DNA of 64,000 nucleotides from the IMG/VR virus record IMGVR_UViG_3300035182_000826, positions 1 to 64,000 of that record. One strand, written 5' to 3'. This DNA comes from a virus. The position numbers and the translations under genes are program-made. Positions within the stretch are counted from its first letter, which is position 1, and each line of letters begins with the position of its first letter. Under the pieces are notes generated by a model, which had not been told where the DNA came from, ran no database searches, and was given only the letters and a program-made list of their open reading frames with translations. Positions 9,518-19,853 of the stretch are shown one piece after another.

Positions 9518-10285
9518 ATGAAACTATTTGAACTGCTTTCTGCCTCTATCACCCTTCTCGAGAGCAGAATTGATTACACGGCGAAGCAATACAACCAAAA
9601 GCTTTTAGACCGTGCAAAGGAAGACCCTTCATACAATGGCGAGGCTGATTCACTTGAGATTGTGAAAGAGCTTGTGAAGGCAGACCCTGAGAATGGAAAG
9701 AACATTCAATTCATTGTCAGAATGTACTTGAAGGGCCTCTTCAAGATGGAAGACTGCAAGCGTCTCCATGATGATATCGAAAAGTTCCTGAAGTTCAAGT
9801 CAAAGATGGAAGTCAAGGACCTGAATGCATACAAGACGCTGAACGACTTCTATGATGCTATTGAGAAATTCAGCGACAAAGATGAGCCCGTGTCAGGCAA
9901 GGAAGCTGCTCGCCAAATCAAGAAGGATGCAGTTAAGGTATTCGACGAACCAGGCTTTTTGGTGCTTCACCCAAAGACAAAGGATGCTGCTTGCTTCTAT
10001 GGGTCTGGCACAAAGTGGTGCACAGCCGCTCGTGAAAATAACCAATTTAATTACTACTCAAATCAAGGCGATCTTTACATTTTGATTGTTGACTTGGGTG
10101 GTAAGCAGCGTAAGTTCCAACTGCACTATGAGTCTGATCAGTTCATGGATGAACGTGACCAAGAAGTGTCGAAGGCTGATATCGCCGAGCTTTCAAAGTT
10201 GCCAGCTTACACAGACTTCCTGAATTTCTTGATTAAGAAGCACTATGAGCCAGCTATCCTGGCTCTCAAAGGTGAAACGAAATAA
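9518..10285 (+). CDS. Hypothetical jumbo-phage protein with ACFYGSGTKWCTAA motif, possible packaged protein
   Basis: 255 aa; MKLFELL...LLES leader; TKWCTAA..N.F..Y...G.LY motif; late-promoter motif upstream. Confidence 0.65.
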   Translation: MKLFELLSASITLLESRIDYTAKQYNQKLLDRAKEDPSYNGEADSLEIVKELVKADPENGKNIQFIVRMYLKGLFKMEDCKRLHDDIEKFLKFKSKMEVKDLNAYKTLNDFYDAIEKFSDKDEPVSGKEAARQIKKDAVKVFDEPGFLVLHPKTKDAACFYGSGTKWCTAARENNQFNYYSNQGDLYILIVDLGGKQRKFQLHYESDQFMDERDQEVSKADIAELSKLPAYTDFLNFLIKKHYEPAILALKGETK

Positions 10286-10302
10286 GCTAACCCATTAGCA
10301 AA

Positions 10303-10340
10303 TTGTAAAGCCCCATTGTTTGGTTACAATGGGGCTTTAT
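10303..10340 (+). promoter_or_regulatory. Possible sigma70-type promoter overlapped by an inverted repeat
   Basis: TTGTAA (10303)-16 nt-TACAAT (10325) overlapped by aaagccccattgt...acaatggggcttt. The hairpin could instead be a terminator. Confidence 0.35.
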
Positions 10341-10357
10341 TCATTTTGGAGCGGGTT

Positions 10358-10960
10358 ATGGCGTACAACACATCGTACACAAGAGGCCATCCAGGTAAGT
10401 ATGGCCTGTGCATTGATTGGGAAACAAGCGGTTCGACCTTTGGCGGTGACTCATCAAAGGAGTGGCAAGGTCTTTCATTTGGCGCCGTGGTGTTCGACAC
10501 AGATACGTTTGAGCCTGTTGAAACCATGTACCGTGAGCTTCATTTTGACGACAAGAAGTACAAGTGGTCTGACGAAGCTGCAGCGATTCATGGTCTGACA
10601 CGAGAGCATCTGAAAGAGCATGGTGTCACACGTGAGCAAGCACTTTGCGATCTGCTTGAGATGATTTTGAAATACTGGGGCCCAGATCAAAAGATCATGT
10701 TAGCTGGTCACAATGTTGGCTTCGACGCTGATTTCACGAATCAGCTTTGTGAAGATTTTGGGATGCATCTGGTGTTCCATCACGTGATGCTTGACACATC
10801 AGCTGCGGCCTTCATTTTGATCGGTAAATACCGTTCGAACGACGTGTTTGATTTGCTTGGAAATGTCGTTCGCACAACTCACAACGCGCTAGAAGATGCG
10901 TTGATCACCCTGTCTTGCATGAAGACTATGAAGCTCATCTTCTCTCAAGCGCTCAAGTGA
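10358..10960 (+). CDS. DEDDh 3'-5' exonuclease (DnaQ/RNase T-like)
   Basis: IDWETSG, IHGLT, AGHNVGFDADF, LDT, HNALEDA. GGAG before ATG 10358. Confidence 0.85.
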   Translation: MAYNTSYTRGHPGKYGLCIDWETSGSTFGGDSSKEWQGLSFGAVVFDTDTFEPVETMYRELHFDDKKYKWSDEAAAIHGLTREHLKEHGVTREQALCDLLEMILKYWGPDQKIMLAGHNVGFDADFTNQLCEDFGMHLVFHHVMLDTSAAAFILIGKYRSNDVFDLLGNVVRTTHNALEDALITLSCMKTMKLIFSQALK

Positions 10961-10999
10961 ACCTTTTTCGGTTTTACATCAGAGATTGAGAGGCATAAA

Positions 11000-11191
11000 A
11001 TGACAACTTACATCACAAGGGATGGCATTGAAGTCAAGGCAACAGGTCGCACTGCTCAACGCACACTTCCAGCTTCACAGATGGTCGTGACTCTTATTGA
11101 GATCACACCAGTGTCAGAAGACGATGGCACTTGGAAGAAGTGGCTGCAGGCAAGTGACATGTATGTCGTGAACGAGCCTACTAAAGAATGA
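11000..11191 (+). CDS. Hypothetical protein
   Basis: 63 aa; GAGG RBS; overlaps the next gene. Confidence 0.6.
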   Translation: MTTYITRDGIEVKATGRTAQRTLPASQMVVTLIEITPVSEDDGTWKKWLQASDMYVVNEPTKE

Positions 11192-11469
11192 AGTACACAT
11201 GCGTTTCAAACTTTCAGCTATTCATTCTCGCGATCATGATCGCGGTTATTTCCGCCGGACTTACTGTGCTGTACTCTCAGTATGAGAGTCTGAAGCTGCT
11301 ACCATTGGTAGAAGTGACAGCAACCGGTGAGTGTGTGAAGGTCACAAACTATGAGAATGGCCATGCATTTGGTTGTCCTGACAAAGACGTGTTGCTTCGT
11401 CGGTACAGAACGGTTGTGACGAAGGCCACCGCGGCCCTGCCAGCAGGCGCCGCATCGGAGGCCCAATGA
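11188..11469 (+). CDS. Small membrane-anchored protein
   Basis: N-terminal hydrophobic helix; ATGA overlaps. Confidence 0.6.
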   Translation: MKYTCVSNFQLFILAIMIAVISAGLTVLYSQYESLKLLPLVEVTATGECVKVTNYENGHAFGCPDKDVLLRRYRTVVTKATAALPAGAASEAQ

Positions 11470-11651
11470 GCTTTGAATTTTACTTCTGGGTCTCATTCAT
11501 GGTGACATTCCTCTGTGGCATCATGATTCCATCGGAGATGTCACCGTTTGACAATCTGATTGGAACGCTGCTCTGCTCGCTGTTCGGCTTGATTCTCTGG
11601 CCGTTCTTTGTGATTTCCTTCATCAGGACATTCTTTTTCAAGAATTCATGA
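11466..11651 (+). CDS. Small two-helix membrane protein
   Basis: Hydrophobic; ends LILWPF, as in many small phage membrane proteins; GGAGG RBS. Confidence 0.55.
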   Translation: MSFEFYFWVSFMVTFLCGIMIPSEMSPFDNLIGTLLCSLFGLILWPFFVISFIRTFFFKNS

Positions 11652-11685
11652 CAGATAAATAGGCCTAACAAAAGGCCTGTCTGTC

Positions 11686-12822
11686 ATGAAAAAATACGTA
11701 CTCCTTACCTGTTCAGTTTGCGATAGATCAACGAAAGAACTTGTTGATCTGAAGCGATTCACTCCTGATAAGTGCACCATAACACTTGGGTGTGAAGGTC
11801 GTCTTCTATTCAAGGGGTACACCAATGACAATTCCAGTGTTGACACGGTTCCTCCAACCGGCACTGTGAATTGGTACAAGCGTGGCACAAAGCTCACACC
11901 CAACACCAGCCTTAAGACCGTCTCGCTCTTCAATCTGTCTACAGGTGGAACAAAGCAACTTGTTCTAGCTGTAAAGAAGAGCCTACTGCCGGCAGACACG
12001 AGTGGTGTCATAGAGCTAGGCCTCGAAGGTCCGCAACAGACCTCAAAAGACTACAGACAGTACACGTACCGAAAAACCACGTCGTTTGATACAGTGAATG
12101 GCGTTGAAGATGGCGCCTCCAAAAAGGTGCTACGTTACTCAGTGCTTGGAAGTGATCCAGACATCGTTCAGGTGTATCTGAACGGTGTCCTCAAGGAACA
12201 AGGCGTTGACTACGAGCTCTATGATGGAGTAGCCGCCGTCGCACCGAACTCTGTGAAATTCACCAGCACAGTTTCGGGCTCAAGCAATCAGGTTGATGTC
12301 ATTGTCTCCAAGGCCGGGACAAAGATTTCATTGAACTTGACCTTTGCAAGGCAGATCAGTGATGAGTCACGTGTTGGAACCGGCGCCTGGGAAGGCGTTC
12401 AGCACGTGACGTCAATCGATGATTACGCGCTGTTTTACTGCGATGGGACTACCTTCGTTGACCTGTCACCGCTGAATGTGACCTTCACACTGAGCTCACT
12501 GACTTATGTGCTCGGCGGTGTTCAGTATTCGCTTTCAGACGCTTATTTCTTACTGTCACGCTCAGGTGTACACACCCAGGTTGACAGAAACCTAGCCGCC
12601 TGGGTCCCATTATCTGGGTTAACTGCTGACACGAAATATGTGACAATAGCAAAACAAGATAATGAAAAATGGGTATTCTGCACGGAAGACTCAATTGCAC
12701 CGGTTTTCCCAGTTTTGAACGTGACTCAGTACACCACTAGAACACTTCTAACGACAGGGCTGACTGGTGATTCATCATCAGCTGAATATGATTCAACTCT
12801 CATTAAAGGACCAGACAGATGA
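11686..12822 (+). CDS. Hypothetical late/structural protein with N-terminal Cys cluster
   Basis: CSVC...C..TLGC, then a beta-rich body (VQVYLNGV..EQGVDY); TAAATA at 11656. Confidence 0.6.
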   Translation: MKKYVLLTCSVCDRSTKELVDLKRFTPDKCTITLGCEGRLLFKGYTNDNSSVDTVPPTGTVNWYKRGTKLTPNTSLKTVSLFNLSTGGTKQLVLAVKKSLLPADTSGVIELGLEGPQQTSKDYRQYTYRKTTSFDTVNGVEDGASKKVLRYSVLGSDPDIVQVYLNGVLKEQGVDYELYDGVAAVAPNSVKFTSTVSGSSNQVDVIVSKAGTKISLNLTFARQISDESRVGTGAWEGVQHVTSIDDYALFYCDGTTFVDLSPLNVTFTLSSLTYVLGGVQYSLSDAYFLLSRSGVHTQVDRNLAAWVPLSGLTADTKYVTIAKQDNEKWVFCTEDSIAPVFPVLNVTQYTTRTLLTTGLTGDSSSAEYDSTLIKGPDR

Positions 12823-13250
12823 TTGCAGCACCAGCACATGTTGGGTGCACATACTCAGTGTCTTTCACAGATGATGCTGGGAAGTATGTGACCGGATTGT
12901 TCTCATCGTTGTTTGAAGACATTACCTTAGTTGGGGTAACGTCTCAATGGATGAATGATATTGAGGCTACTCAAGAACTTGTTGAAGGTGTCAAGGCCGT
13001 GAACAAGGTAATCAATATCCGAAAAAAGCCAGAAATCGAGTACAACCCACTATTCACGGCTTCTGGTGAGGACATGGAACAGGCAATTAAGCTTGATGAT
13101 CATGGTGAGGCCGCAGGAGTTCAAGGTTTCAGTTCACCGTACGTTTTCGTTCGTGTACAGAATGACCAAATGACAGGTGCTGTGTTTTACGAGGAATTTG
13201 ATCTTCCATCGTTTGCAGAACTGAGAAGCGAAGAGGTAAAAATCCAATGA
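12819..13250 (+). CDS. Hypothetical protein
   Basis: 143-aa ORF with overlapping start and stop. Confidence 0.6.
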   Translation: MIAAPAHVGCTYSVSFTDDAGKYVTGLFSSLFEDITLVGVTSQWMNDIEATQELVEGVKAVNKVINIRKKPEIEYNPLFTASGEDMEQAIKLDDHGEAAGVQGFSSPYVFVRVQNDQMTGAVFYEEFDLPSFAELRSEEVKIQ

Positions 13251-13663
13251 GCACCACCATTACCCCAGCAGTCTTTTCATTCATGACAGAGCTGAAACTC
13301 TATGACTTTGAAGAGCACATCCTGTACACCATGTTTCCAAATGCGGAAACAGTCACAATGGTGTCAAAGGACTATGACGAGATTAGTGATGTAGCAGCCG
13401 CTGCTCAGAAATTCTGCAATTCACTAATGACTATCGCAAACCAAAACGTGAAGTCAGATCGTTATAGAGCGGTGGCTGAAGTGAATCCCGAGATTTCAGG
13501 AAAGCGTGGACTGACTGATGATTGGGAAGAGAATGAAGTGTCCAAGATTTGGATCATTTCACACGAAGGTCCGCTTGACACCATCACTGATGTCACTAAA
13601 ACAGCAATTTCTCTGACCACAATCGTCAAAACCCGTGGTGAGCAAACCTTGTTCCTAAATTGA
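13247..13663 (+). CDS. Hypothetical protein
   Basis: 138 aa; GAGG RBS. Confidence 0.6.
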   Translation: MSTTITPAVFSFMTELKLYDFEEHILYTMFPNAETVTMVSKDYDEISDVAAAAQKFCNSLMTIANQNVKSDRYRAVAEVNPEISGKRGLTDDWEENEVSKIWIISHEGPLDTITDVTKTAISLTTIVKTRGEQTLFLN

Positions 13664-13733
13664 GGACGAGTAGAAACCCCAATGAAACTTACAATGGCCT
13701 TTTAGGCCATTTATTGTCACAGGAGAAAACCCA

Positions 13734-14072
13734 ATGAGCAACATTACTCTGAAAGATCTTGATAAGAAGGCGCCTAAGTTCCTAGATGTGGCCGTGATCA
13801 TGCGTGATCCAGTTCTACGCAGCAAGCTCACGAACCTGATTGATGAGGCTGTGAAGTGCCAACAGAAGATCGCGATGCAAAAGGAAACCATCAAGCAGCT
13901 TCGCGAGACGGCCACTGAAGAAGTTAAGATCAATCCAAAGATGTTCAATGCATATTTGAACATGGCGTTCAACAATGATTATCTTGTCAAGAAGGCCAGC
14001 ACTGATGAAATGGCTACTCTGATTGACGAGCTGTTGCGCACTCTTCCTGATTACGATTCCAACGTCGCGTAA
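13734..14072 (+). CDS. dsbA: dsDNA-binding protein, T4 DsbA-like
   Basis: LIDEAVKCQQKIAMQKETIKQLRETATEEVKINPKMFN follows the T4 DsbA helical pattern (..IKEA....KI......IK.IR..A..E......KMFN, from memory); AGGAG RBS. Confidence 0.6.
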   Translation: MSNITLKDLDKKAPKFLDVAVIMRDPVLRSKLTNLIDEAVKCQQKIAMQKETIKQLRETATEEVKINPKMFNAYLNMAFNNDYLVKKASTDEMATLIDELLRTLPDYDSNVA

Positions 14073-17000
14073 TGCAAAACTACATCAGTTCTGTGTTCAA
14101 CCGTGAGGACAATGTTGTCCTCGTGTGGGAGAGACCGGTTCTCGGTGGGGATCGGTCTCTCCGTGTGTACAAGGCGCCCTGGTACTTTTTTATTCAAGAT
14201 CAGAATGGTACTGAAAAGGGTATTGATGGGCAAAGCCTCACTCGACTTGACTTCGACAGCCGAGCTGAGTTCGAGCTAGCAAGGAAGAAGTTCGGCCAAT
14301 GCTATGAAAGCGACATTCGGGCTGATGCAAAAGTCTTGATGGACTATTACTACGATCGGCCAACTCCGATCGTACACTATGCGTTCCTTGACATTGAGGT
14401 TGACTACACCTCAACAATCGGTTTCGCAGAAGTTGATGATCCTTACGCACCGGTGAACGCGATCACGATCTTCAAGTCATGGCTTGGCAAGTACGTCACG
14501 TTTGCGATCCCACCAAAGGGCTTGACAACTGAGGCTGATTTGGCAGCTGTCAAGGCAAAGATCTTAGAACAAGCCATCAAGTACAAGCTTGAGTTCACAC
14601 CAGATGTGAAGTTCTTCTTCGATGAGCAGGACCTCTTCAACGCAATGTTTGAAGAGATTGAAGACGCTGACATCGTCAGTGGTTGGAACTCACTGTTCTA
14701 TGACATTCCATATCTGGTAAATCGGGCCAAGCGGATCTTTAACCCAAATGAAATTGGGTCATTTGATCCAACAGCCAGGTTCTGCTTTCGCGGCGCGCCG
14801 AGCCCAATTCGACGTGAAGTCATGCGCTTTGGTGCGCCTCACACGACATATGATCTGAATGGTCGCACCCATTTGGATTATAAGGATCTGTACGAGAAGT
14901 TCACATTTGAGGGTCACACTTCATACAAGCTTGCAAATATTGCAGCTGAAGAGATTGACGCTCCGAAGCTGGAGTATGACGGCACTCTTGAGCACCTGTA
15001 CAAGGGCACCTATGAGCCAGATGTCAGCAATCTAAGCCTGTCTGAGGCAATTGCACATGAGCAAGATGATGATCGCGTTGCGTTCTGCGAACAGCGGGCC
15101 ATTCTGCGCCGAGCAATTGAAGCACTTGACACGGGAGAGCTGTTGGATCCTGAACTAAATCTTGATCGAGACACTTTAGTGACACTCTATCAGGAAGCTG
15201 ATCTACAAGCTCGCATCGCCTCGTTCGCGTACTTCTGTACTTACAACATGCGAGACGTTGAAGTCTTGGTGAAACTTGACAAGAAGCTAAAGCTGATGCA
15301 GCTCGTGAATCAGATGGCTCACGAGAACACGGTGCCATTCACAGCGATTCTAGGAACTGTGCGGTACGTCGAAACTGGCATTACAAACCGTGCGCACAAC
15401 GTGCACCGTCTCCGCGTGCCAGATAAGAAGCTCAGTAAGACAAAGAACAAGAAGGTTGAGGGTGCGATTGTGATGACCCCGTTGGCAGGGCTTCACAAGT
15501 TCCTCGGGTCAGTTGACATTGAGTCACTGTACCCAAGCACTATTCGCGCGTTGAATATGTCCATTGAGACCTTTATTGGACAGTTCGAAGGCGATGACGC
15601 GGCATGGTATGGAATCATGCATGGCGACCAAAACGTGAAATGGACATGTACCTTCAGAGATGGATCGACTGCAACGGCCACCGCGGCTGAATGGGTGCAG
15701 TACTTTAAGGATGAGAAGTACGCGTTGTCTGGCTTTGGCACGATCTTTGATCAAAAGGTGCCAGGCATGGTTGCTGATACCCTGACCTTCTGGTTCTCAG
15801 AACGTAAGCGTCTGAAGAATGAAAAGAAGATCTGGGACAAGAAAGCTGAAAAGCTTCGCGCAGAGCTTGGTCAGAAAGTCAACAATTGCATTGATGAACG
15901 GTTCTTTGAAGATGGGAAGCAGTACACTGAAGACGAGTGGAACCAGATTCAGGCAGCTGAAAAAGAAGCTGAGCACTATGACCTACTGCAACTAACAAAG
16001 AAGATTCAGCTGAACAGTACTTACGGTGCATTGCTGAATGAGGCGTTCAAGTTCGGCCGACGTGAAATTGGTGCTTCTGTGACTGGCACAGGTCGTCAGA
16101 TCACCTCACACATGGCAAAGACTATTGCCGAGCTGCGTAACCCTGGCAGACCAGTCAGGCTTATGAAGCGATTCGTGCCTGGTCAGTTCAAGGACATTGA
16201 GTGTCAAGAACCTGGTGGCCTTGCTGAAATGAAGGCGTGGAAGAAGCGAGCTCGTCGCGAAGGTGAAGAGGTTGAAGACATGTTCGCCCGAGCACGCAAG
16301 AACAATGACATGGAGTTCTTGCTGAACCTGCCAAAGGAAGTTCAGTACAATGTTGAAAAGGATGATGACGGAAATGAGTACGTTGCACCTACCGCTGCGC
16401 TGTATTGGCCGATGTTCCTAGACACCAATGAAGACTGCAATGACATCATCTATGGTGACACTGACAGTTGCTACTTCAGCACTGGTGAAATGAACTACGA
16501 TGCTGCCGTGAGCCGTGCCGACGAAATTGCTGAGCAGGTTAATGCCTCCTTCCCAGAGTTCATGCACCGCAATTTCAACAGCATTGGCGGCAACGAAAAG
16601 TTGATCAAGGCAGCTCGAGAGGTCGTTGGCGAAGCTGGCCTGTTCATGTTTGCGAAGAAGAAGTACACCATCAAGGTCGTTAATCTCGACGGCAAGGATC
16701 TTCGAGCTCACCCGAAGCAGAAGAGCATGGGTTCTGAAATCAAGAAGGCTGACACACCAAAGGTTGTGCAGAACTTCCTGAAGGAGCTCATGGATCATGT
16801 GCTTGATGGCGCTGACTACGATAAGCTTGAGCGTTTCGTGAATGATCACCGCGGTAAGCTGATCACCAAGAAGAATGCGATCCTCTTGGCACCGGCCAAG
16901 CAGGTGAATAGCCTTGATGAATACACGGCCGAGTTCAACCGGGTGGAACGTGATGGTTTCGGACGTGCCAAATTGCCAGGTAATGTCAGAGCAGCGATCA

Positions 17001-17293
17001 ACTTCAACTTACTACTTGAGGAACATGACACGGAACGCGAAATTGCTCCCATCAAGACGGGTGATAAGGCTGCTATCCTGTACGTGAAGCCGAACAACTA
17101 TGGAATGAAGTCCATTGGTGTCCCATCTGAAATCACTGCCTTGCCGCGTTGGTTCTCAGAGCGCTTTGAGGTTGACTTGGATCTGACCGAGCAGAAAATG
17201 ATTGACTCAAAGATCGATTCAATTTTCAAGGTGCTTGGCTATGAAACACCAACCCCGCACTTTGAGTTCCTGAGAAACGCATTTGATATTTAA
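14072..17293 (+). CDS. Family B DNA polymerase (gp43-like)
   Basis: ExoI DIE, ExoII GWNSLFYDIPY, ExoIII YNMRDV, motif A DIESLYPS, motif B KKIQLNSTYG, motif C YGDTDS, KKKY. Confidence 0.95.
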   Translation: MQNYISSVFNREDNVVLVWERPVLGGDRSLRVYKAPWYFFIQDQNGTEKGIDGQSLTRLDFDSRAEFELARKKFGQCYESDIRADAKVLMDYYYDRPTPIVHYAFLDIEVDYTSTIGFAEVDDPYAPVNAITIFKSWLGKYVTFAIPPKGLTTEADLAAVKAKILEQAIKYKLEFTPDVKFFFDEQDLFNAMFEEIEDADIVSGWNSLFYDIPYLVNRAKRIFNPNEIGSFDPTARFCFRGAPSPIRREVMRFGAPHTTYDLNGRTHLDYKDLYEKFTFEGHTSYKLANIAAEEIDAPKLEYDGTLEHLYKGTYEPDVSNLSLSEAIAHEQDDDRVAFCEQRAILRRAIEALDTGELLDPELNLDRDTLVTLYQEADLQARIASFAYFCTYNMRDVEVLVKLDKKLKLMQLVNQMAHENTVPFTAILGTVRYVETGITNRAHNVHRLRVPDKKLSKTKNKKVEGAIVMTPLAGLHKFLGSVDIESLYPSTIRALNMSIETFIGQFEGDDAAWYGIMHGDQNVKWTCTFRDGSTATATAAEWVQYFKDEKYALSGFGTIFDQKVPGMVADTLTFWFSERKRLKNEKKIWDKKAEKLRAELGQKVNNCIDERFFEDGKQYTEDEWNQIQAAEKEAEHYDLLQLTKKIQLNSTYGALLNEAFKFGRREIGASVTGTGRQITSHMAKTIAELRNPGRPVRLMKRFVPGQFKDIECQEPGGLAEMKAWKKRARREGEEVEDMFARARKNNDMEFLLNLPKEVQYNVEKDDDGNEYVAPTAALYWPMFLDTNEDCNDIIYGDTDSCYFSTGEMNYDAAVSRADEIAEQVNASFPEFMHRNFNSIGGNEKLIKAAREVVGEAGLFMFAKKKYTIKVVNLDGKDLRAHPKQKSMGSEIKKADTPKVVQNFLKELMDHVLDGADYDKLERFVNDHRGKLITKKNAILLAPAKQVNSLDEYTAEFNRVERDGFGRAKLPGNVRAAINFNLLLEEHDTEREIAPIKTGDKAAILYVKPNNYGMKSIGVPSEITALPRWFSERFEVDLDLTEQKMIDSKIDSIFKVLGYETPTPHFEFLRNAFDI

Positions 17294-17315
17294 CCCAACG
17301 ACTTAAAATCGGTGT

Positions 17316-18050
17316 ATGACTACATTTTCCAAAGAAGACGTAAAACGGCTTAAGATTGCAACAGGTGTTTGCAAGCAAACTGGCATTGAGCTAGTGGTCA
17401 TTTCTGGCGGGATGATCAAAGGTTTTAATGACCAGAAGACAGCCGCGATTTTTGCTGCGCTTCCACTTTCAGTGGACATTGAAATGGGGACAACCCGTCT
17501 CACTGAGCTTGACAAGCGGTTGAGCATCTTTGCCGACATTGAACAGCTGAGTATCACCCCTGAGTTCTCAAAAGACAACAAAGTCAGGTCTCTAACATGC
17601 AGGGGCGCTGGGACAAAGTTCGATTTTAAGTGCACTGACACCAAACTTTTGGAGCGTAAATACCCCAAGGGTTCAAATGCAAGATTCACTGGAGAGCTCG
17701 CCTTCACACGTGAAGAGTCAGCTCTCCTTGTTAGAGGCGCCAGAACCTTCAGCGCTGGGTCAATCACGATTCACGCTAATTCAGATGGCGTGGTGACTGT
17801 CCAAGCGATGAATGACTCACGCGAGTCATTTGAGATTAAGTTGAAGACACCTTCAATGAATCTCTCAAGTGGCTTTTCTTATGATCTGTCCACCAGCCCA
17901 GTTCTTCAACTCATCGACAAGGCAGATGCCGATGGTGATTTGGTGAAGCTCAAGATGGATTCTGGTGGCATTCTAGGAATGTCAATCAATGGTTTGGATA
18001 TTCTGATCACCCCAATTATTCACAGAACAGGAAGCAATGATGATGAATGA
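17316..18050 (+). CDS. Probable sliding clamp (gp45-like)
   Basis: 244 aa with alternating helix/strand pattern directly after the polymerase; call rests on size and position, with no diagnostic motif. Confidence 0.5.
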   Translation: MTTFSKEDVKRLKIATGVCKQTGIELVVISGGMIKGFNDQKTAAIFAALPLSVDIEMGTTRLTELDKRLSIFADIEQLSITPEFSKDNKVRSLTCRGAGTKFDFKCTDTKLLERKYPKGSNARFTGELAFTREESALLVRGARTFSAGSITIHANSDGVVTVQAMNDSRESFEIKLKTPSMNLSSGFSYDLSTSPVLQLIDKADADGDLVKLKMDSGGILGMSINGLDILITPIIHRTGSNDDE

Positions 18051-18396
18051 CGATATTGAAAAGAGCCGAGTGGAGTACGTCACGAAGCTAGAAACGCAAG
18101 TGTCTTATCTGAACAAGGAGCTTGTCAAGTACAAGTCACTTGCTGACAATTGGACGCCGAGCGTTACAGCTGAGGTTGGTGGTGATGGAACTGTGGCGTT
18201 CACCCTGCGATTTGGTGGGAAGCTGATTCAAACGCAGATCCCTCAGACAGTGCTAGCATCAACTGGATCAAGTGATCTTGCAATTGCGATTGCGGAATCA
18301 TTCATGAAGACAATGGTGACAACCAAGTTCAAGGACTTGATTGAACCAGAAGTCATTCGCATGTCTCGTAGTGCATCAACAAAGTCAACGCTATGA
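18037..18396 (+). CDS. Hypothetical protein
   Basis: 119 aa; N-terminal coiled coil. Confidence 0.6.
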   Translation: MMMNDDIEKSRVEYVTKLETQVSYLNKELVKYKSLADNWTPSVTAEVGGDGTVAFTLRFGGKLIQTQIPQTVLASTGSSDLAIAIAESFMKTMVTTKFKDLIEPEVIRMSRSASTKSTL

Positions 18397-18746
18397 ACTT
18401 CGATTTCATCAAGAAGCTCTTTCAGAAGAAGAACAATCTGGACGATCTGGCGGCCTTTGCTAGCTACGAGGACCCAATCCTTGTAGATGATCCAGTGCGT
18501 GAAAGCTACATCAAACAGCAGGAAGGAAAGCCTGCGCCTTGGGCCATGTTCGAGGTGATTGGGATTGATGAGGGGCAAGTCAAGATCCACATGTCTTGGA
18601 ATCCGACGTTCATCAAGTACATTCAAGCACTTGGTTTTGCGGCTGAAACTGAAGAGGACACGGTTCAGTTGTTCTTCAGAGCAAGTCAGATGCAACCAAA
18701 GACCCAAGACAGCACAGTTCAAAACCCAGATCTACCAGCACTATGA
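18393..18746 (+). CDS. Hypothetical protein
   Basis: 117 aa (PWAMFEVIGID...SWNPTFI); overlaps neighbours. Confidence 0.6.
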   Translation: MNFDFIKKLFQKKNNLDDLAAFASYEDPILVDDPVRESYIKQQEGKPAPWAMFEVIGIDEGQVKIHMSWNPTFIKYIQALGFAAETEEDTVQLFFRASQMQPKTQDSTVQNPDLPAL

Positions 18747-19750
18747 TCAGAATGATTGTTGACACGTCAAATTTGTTTTGGCGTTCTGTTTCTGCTTCCC
18801 AGCGGTACGGGGTTCCAGTAGAGGGCGAAGACGCTGCAGGTATGGGTCTGCACCTGAGTCTGATGTCACTCAAGAAGCATTGGAACAAAATTCGGCCAGA
18901 TTCATTGGCGATCAGCTTTGAAGGTTCTCGAAACTGGCGAAAAGCATACACACAGTCAGAAGAGTGCTACTCAAAGAGGCTGTATAAGGGCAATCGTGTT
19001 CTTGACCCAAGCATGGCAGTGCTCTTTGACGTGATCAAGGCCTTTGAAGACCTAGCAATCAACCACACGGCAATCACTGTCCTGTCAAATCCATTACTTG
19101 AAGGTGATGATTTGATTTCTGGGTATGCACTTCATTACGCAGCGCTTGGTGATGAGGTGGTGATCTTGTCAGGTGACAAGGACTTTGCAAGTTTGATCAG
19201 TGACAAGATCACCCTGATCAACCCAGATGACGGCAAGCCGCGAAGCCTTGTTGATCTGTGTGGTGTTGATGATGCTGAATACTTCATGTTCCAGAAGTGC
19301 TTCAGAGGTGATGCTGGTGATAATGTGCTACCGGCGTACCCACGTGTTCGTGCAACCAAGTTGCAGAAGGCGTTTGGTGTCAATGGCGCACCTAGAGACG
19401 AGTTCCTATTGAACTCACTCATGAATCATGAGTGGGAATACACTGACCCAGAAAACCCATCTGAAACAAGAAAGATGAACGTCGGAAAGCTGTTCGAAGA
19501 GAACAAACTGCTGATGGATCTTCGGGCGCAGCCGGAGCATATTCGCCAAGCCATCACAGACACCATTCTGGCAGCTGAAGAAAACCGTGGCAAGTTCAAC
19601 TACTTCAAATTCTGTCAGTTCCTAGGTGCGCACAATCTTGTTCAGATCGGCGAGAAATCAATGGACTTCGTCCCAATGTTCTCTGGAAAATCCCTTGGAC
19701 GTTTGCCAAATCAGAAGACTGATTTGTCAGTTTATGGGTTTGAAGTATAG
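18743..19750 (+). CDS. rnh: T4-type RNase H / 5'-3' flap exonuclease
   Basis: IVDTSN, WRK...YKGNR, EGDDLI, ILSGDKDF, GDAGDNV. Confidence 0.9.
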   Translation: MIRMIVDTSNLFWRSVSASQRYGVPVEGEDAAGMGLHLSLMSLKKHWNKIRPDSLAISFEGSRNWRKAYTQSEECYSKRLYKGNRVLDPSMAVLFDVIKAFEDLAINHTAITVLSNPLLEGDDLISGYALHYAALGDEVVILSGDKDFASLISDKITLINPDDGKPRSLVDLCGVDDAEYFMFQKCFRGDAGDNVLPAYPRVRATKLQKAFGVNGAPRDEFLLNSLMNHEWEYTDPENPSETRKMNVGKLFEENKLLMDLRAQPEHIRQAITDTILAAEENRGKFNYFKFCQFLGAHNLVQIGEKSMDFVPMFSGKSLGRLPNQKTDLSVYGFEV

Positions 19751-19853
19751 AGAAACACACGGCCGAATTGACTCAGCATGTCAATCACGCGATTGTGGCA
19801 AATCGACTTGAGAAGCAAGTTCAAGAGCTAACTGCATTGCTTAAGGATCAAAC

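Noticed and set aside
14072-17293. Intein or intron in the polymerase
   Set aside because: The frame is continuous and the insertions lack splice-junction residues and homing-endonuclease motifs.
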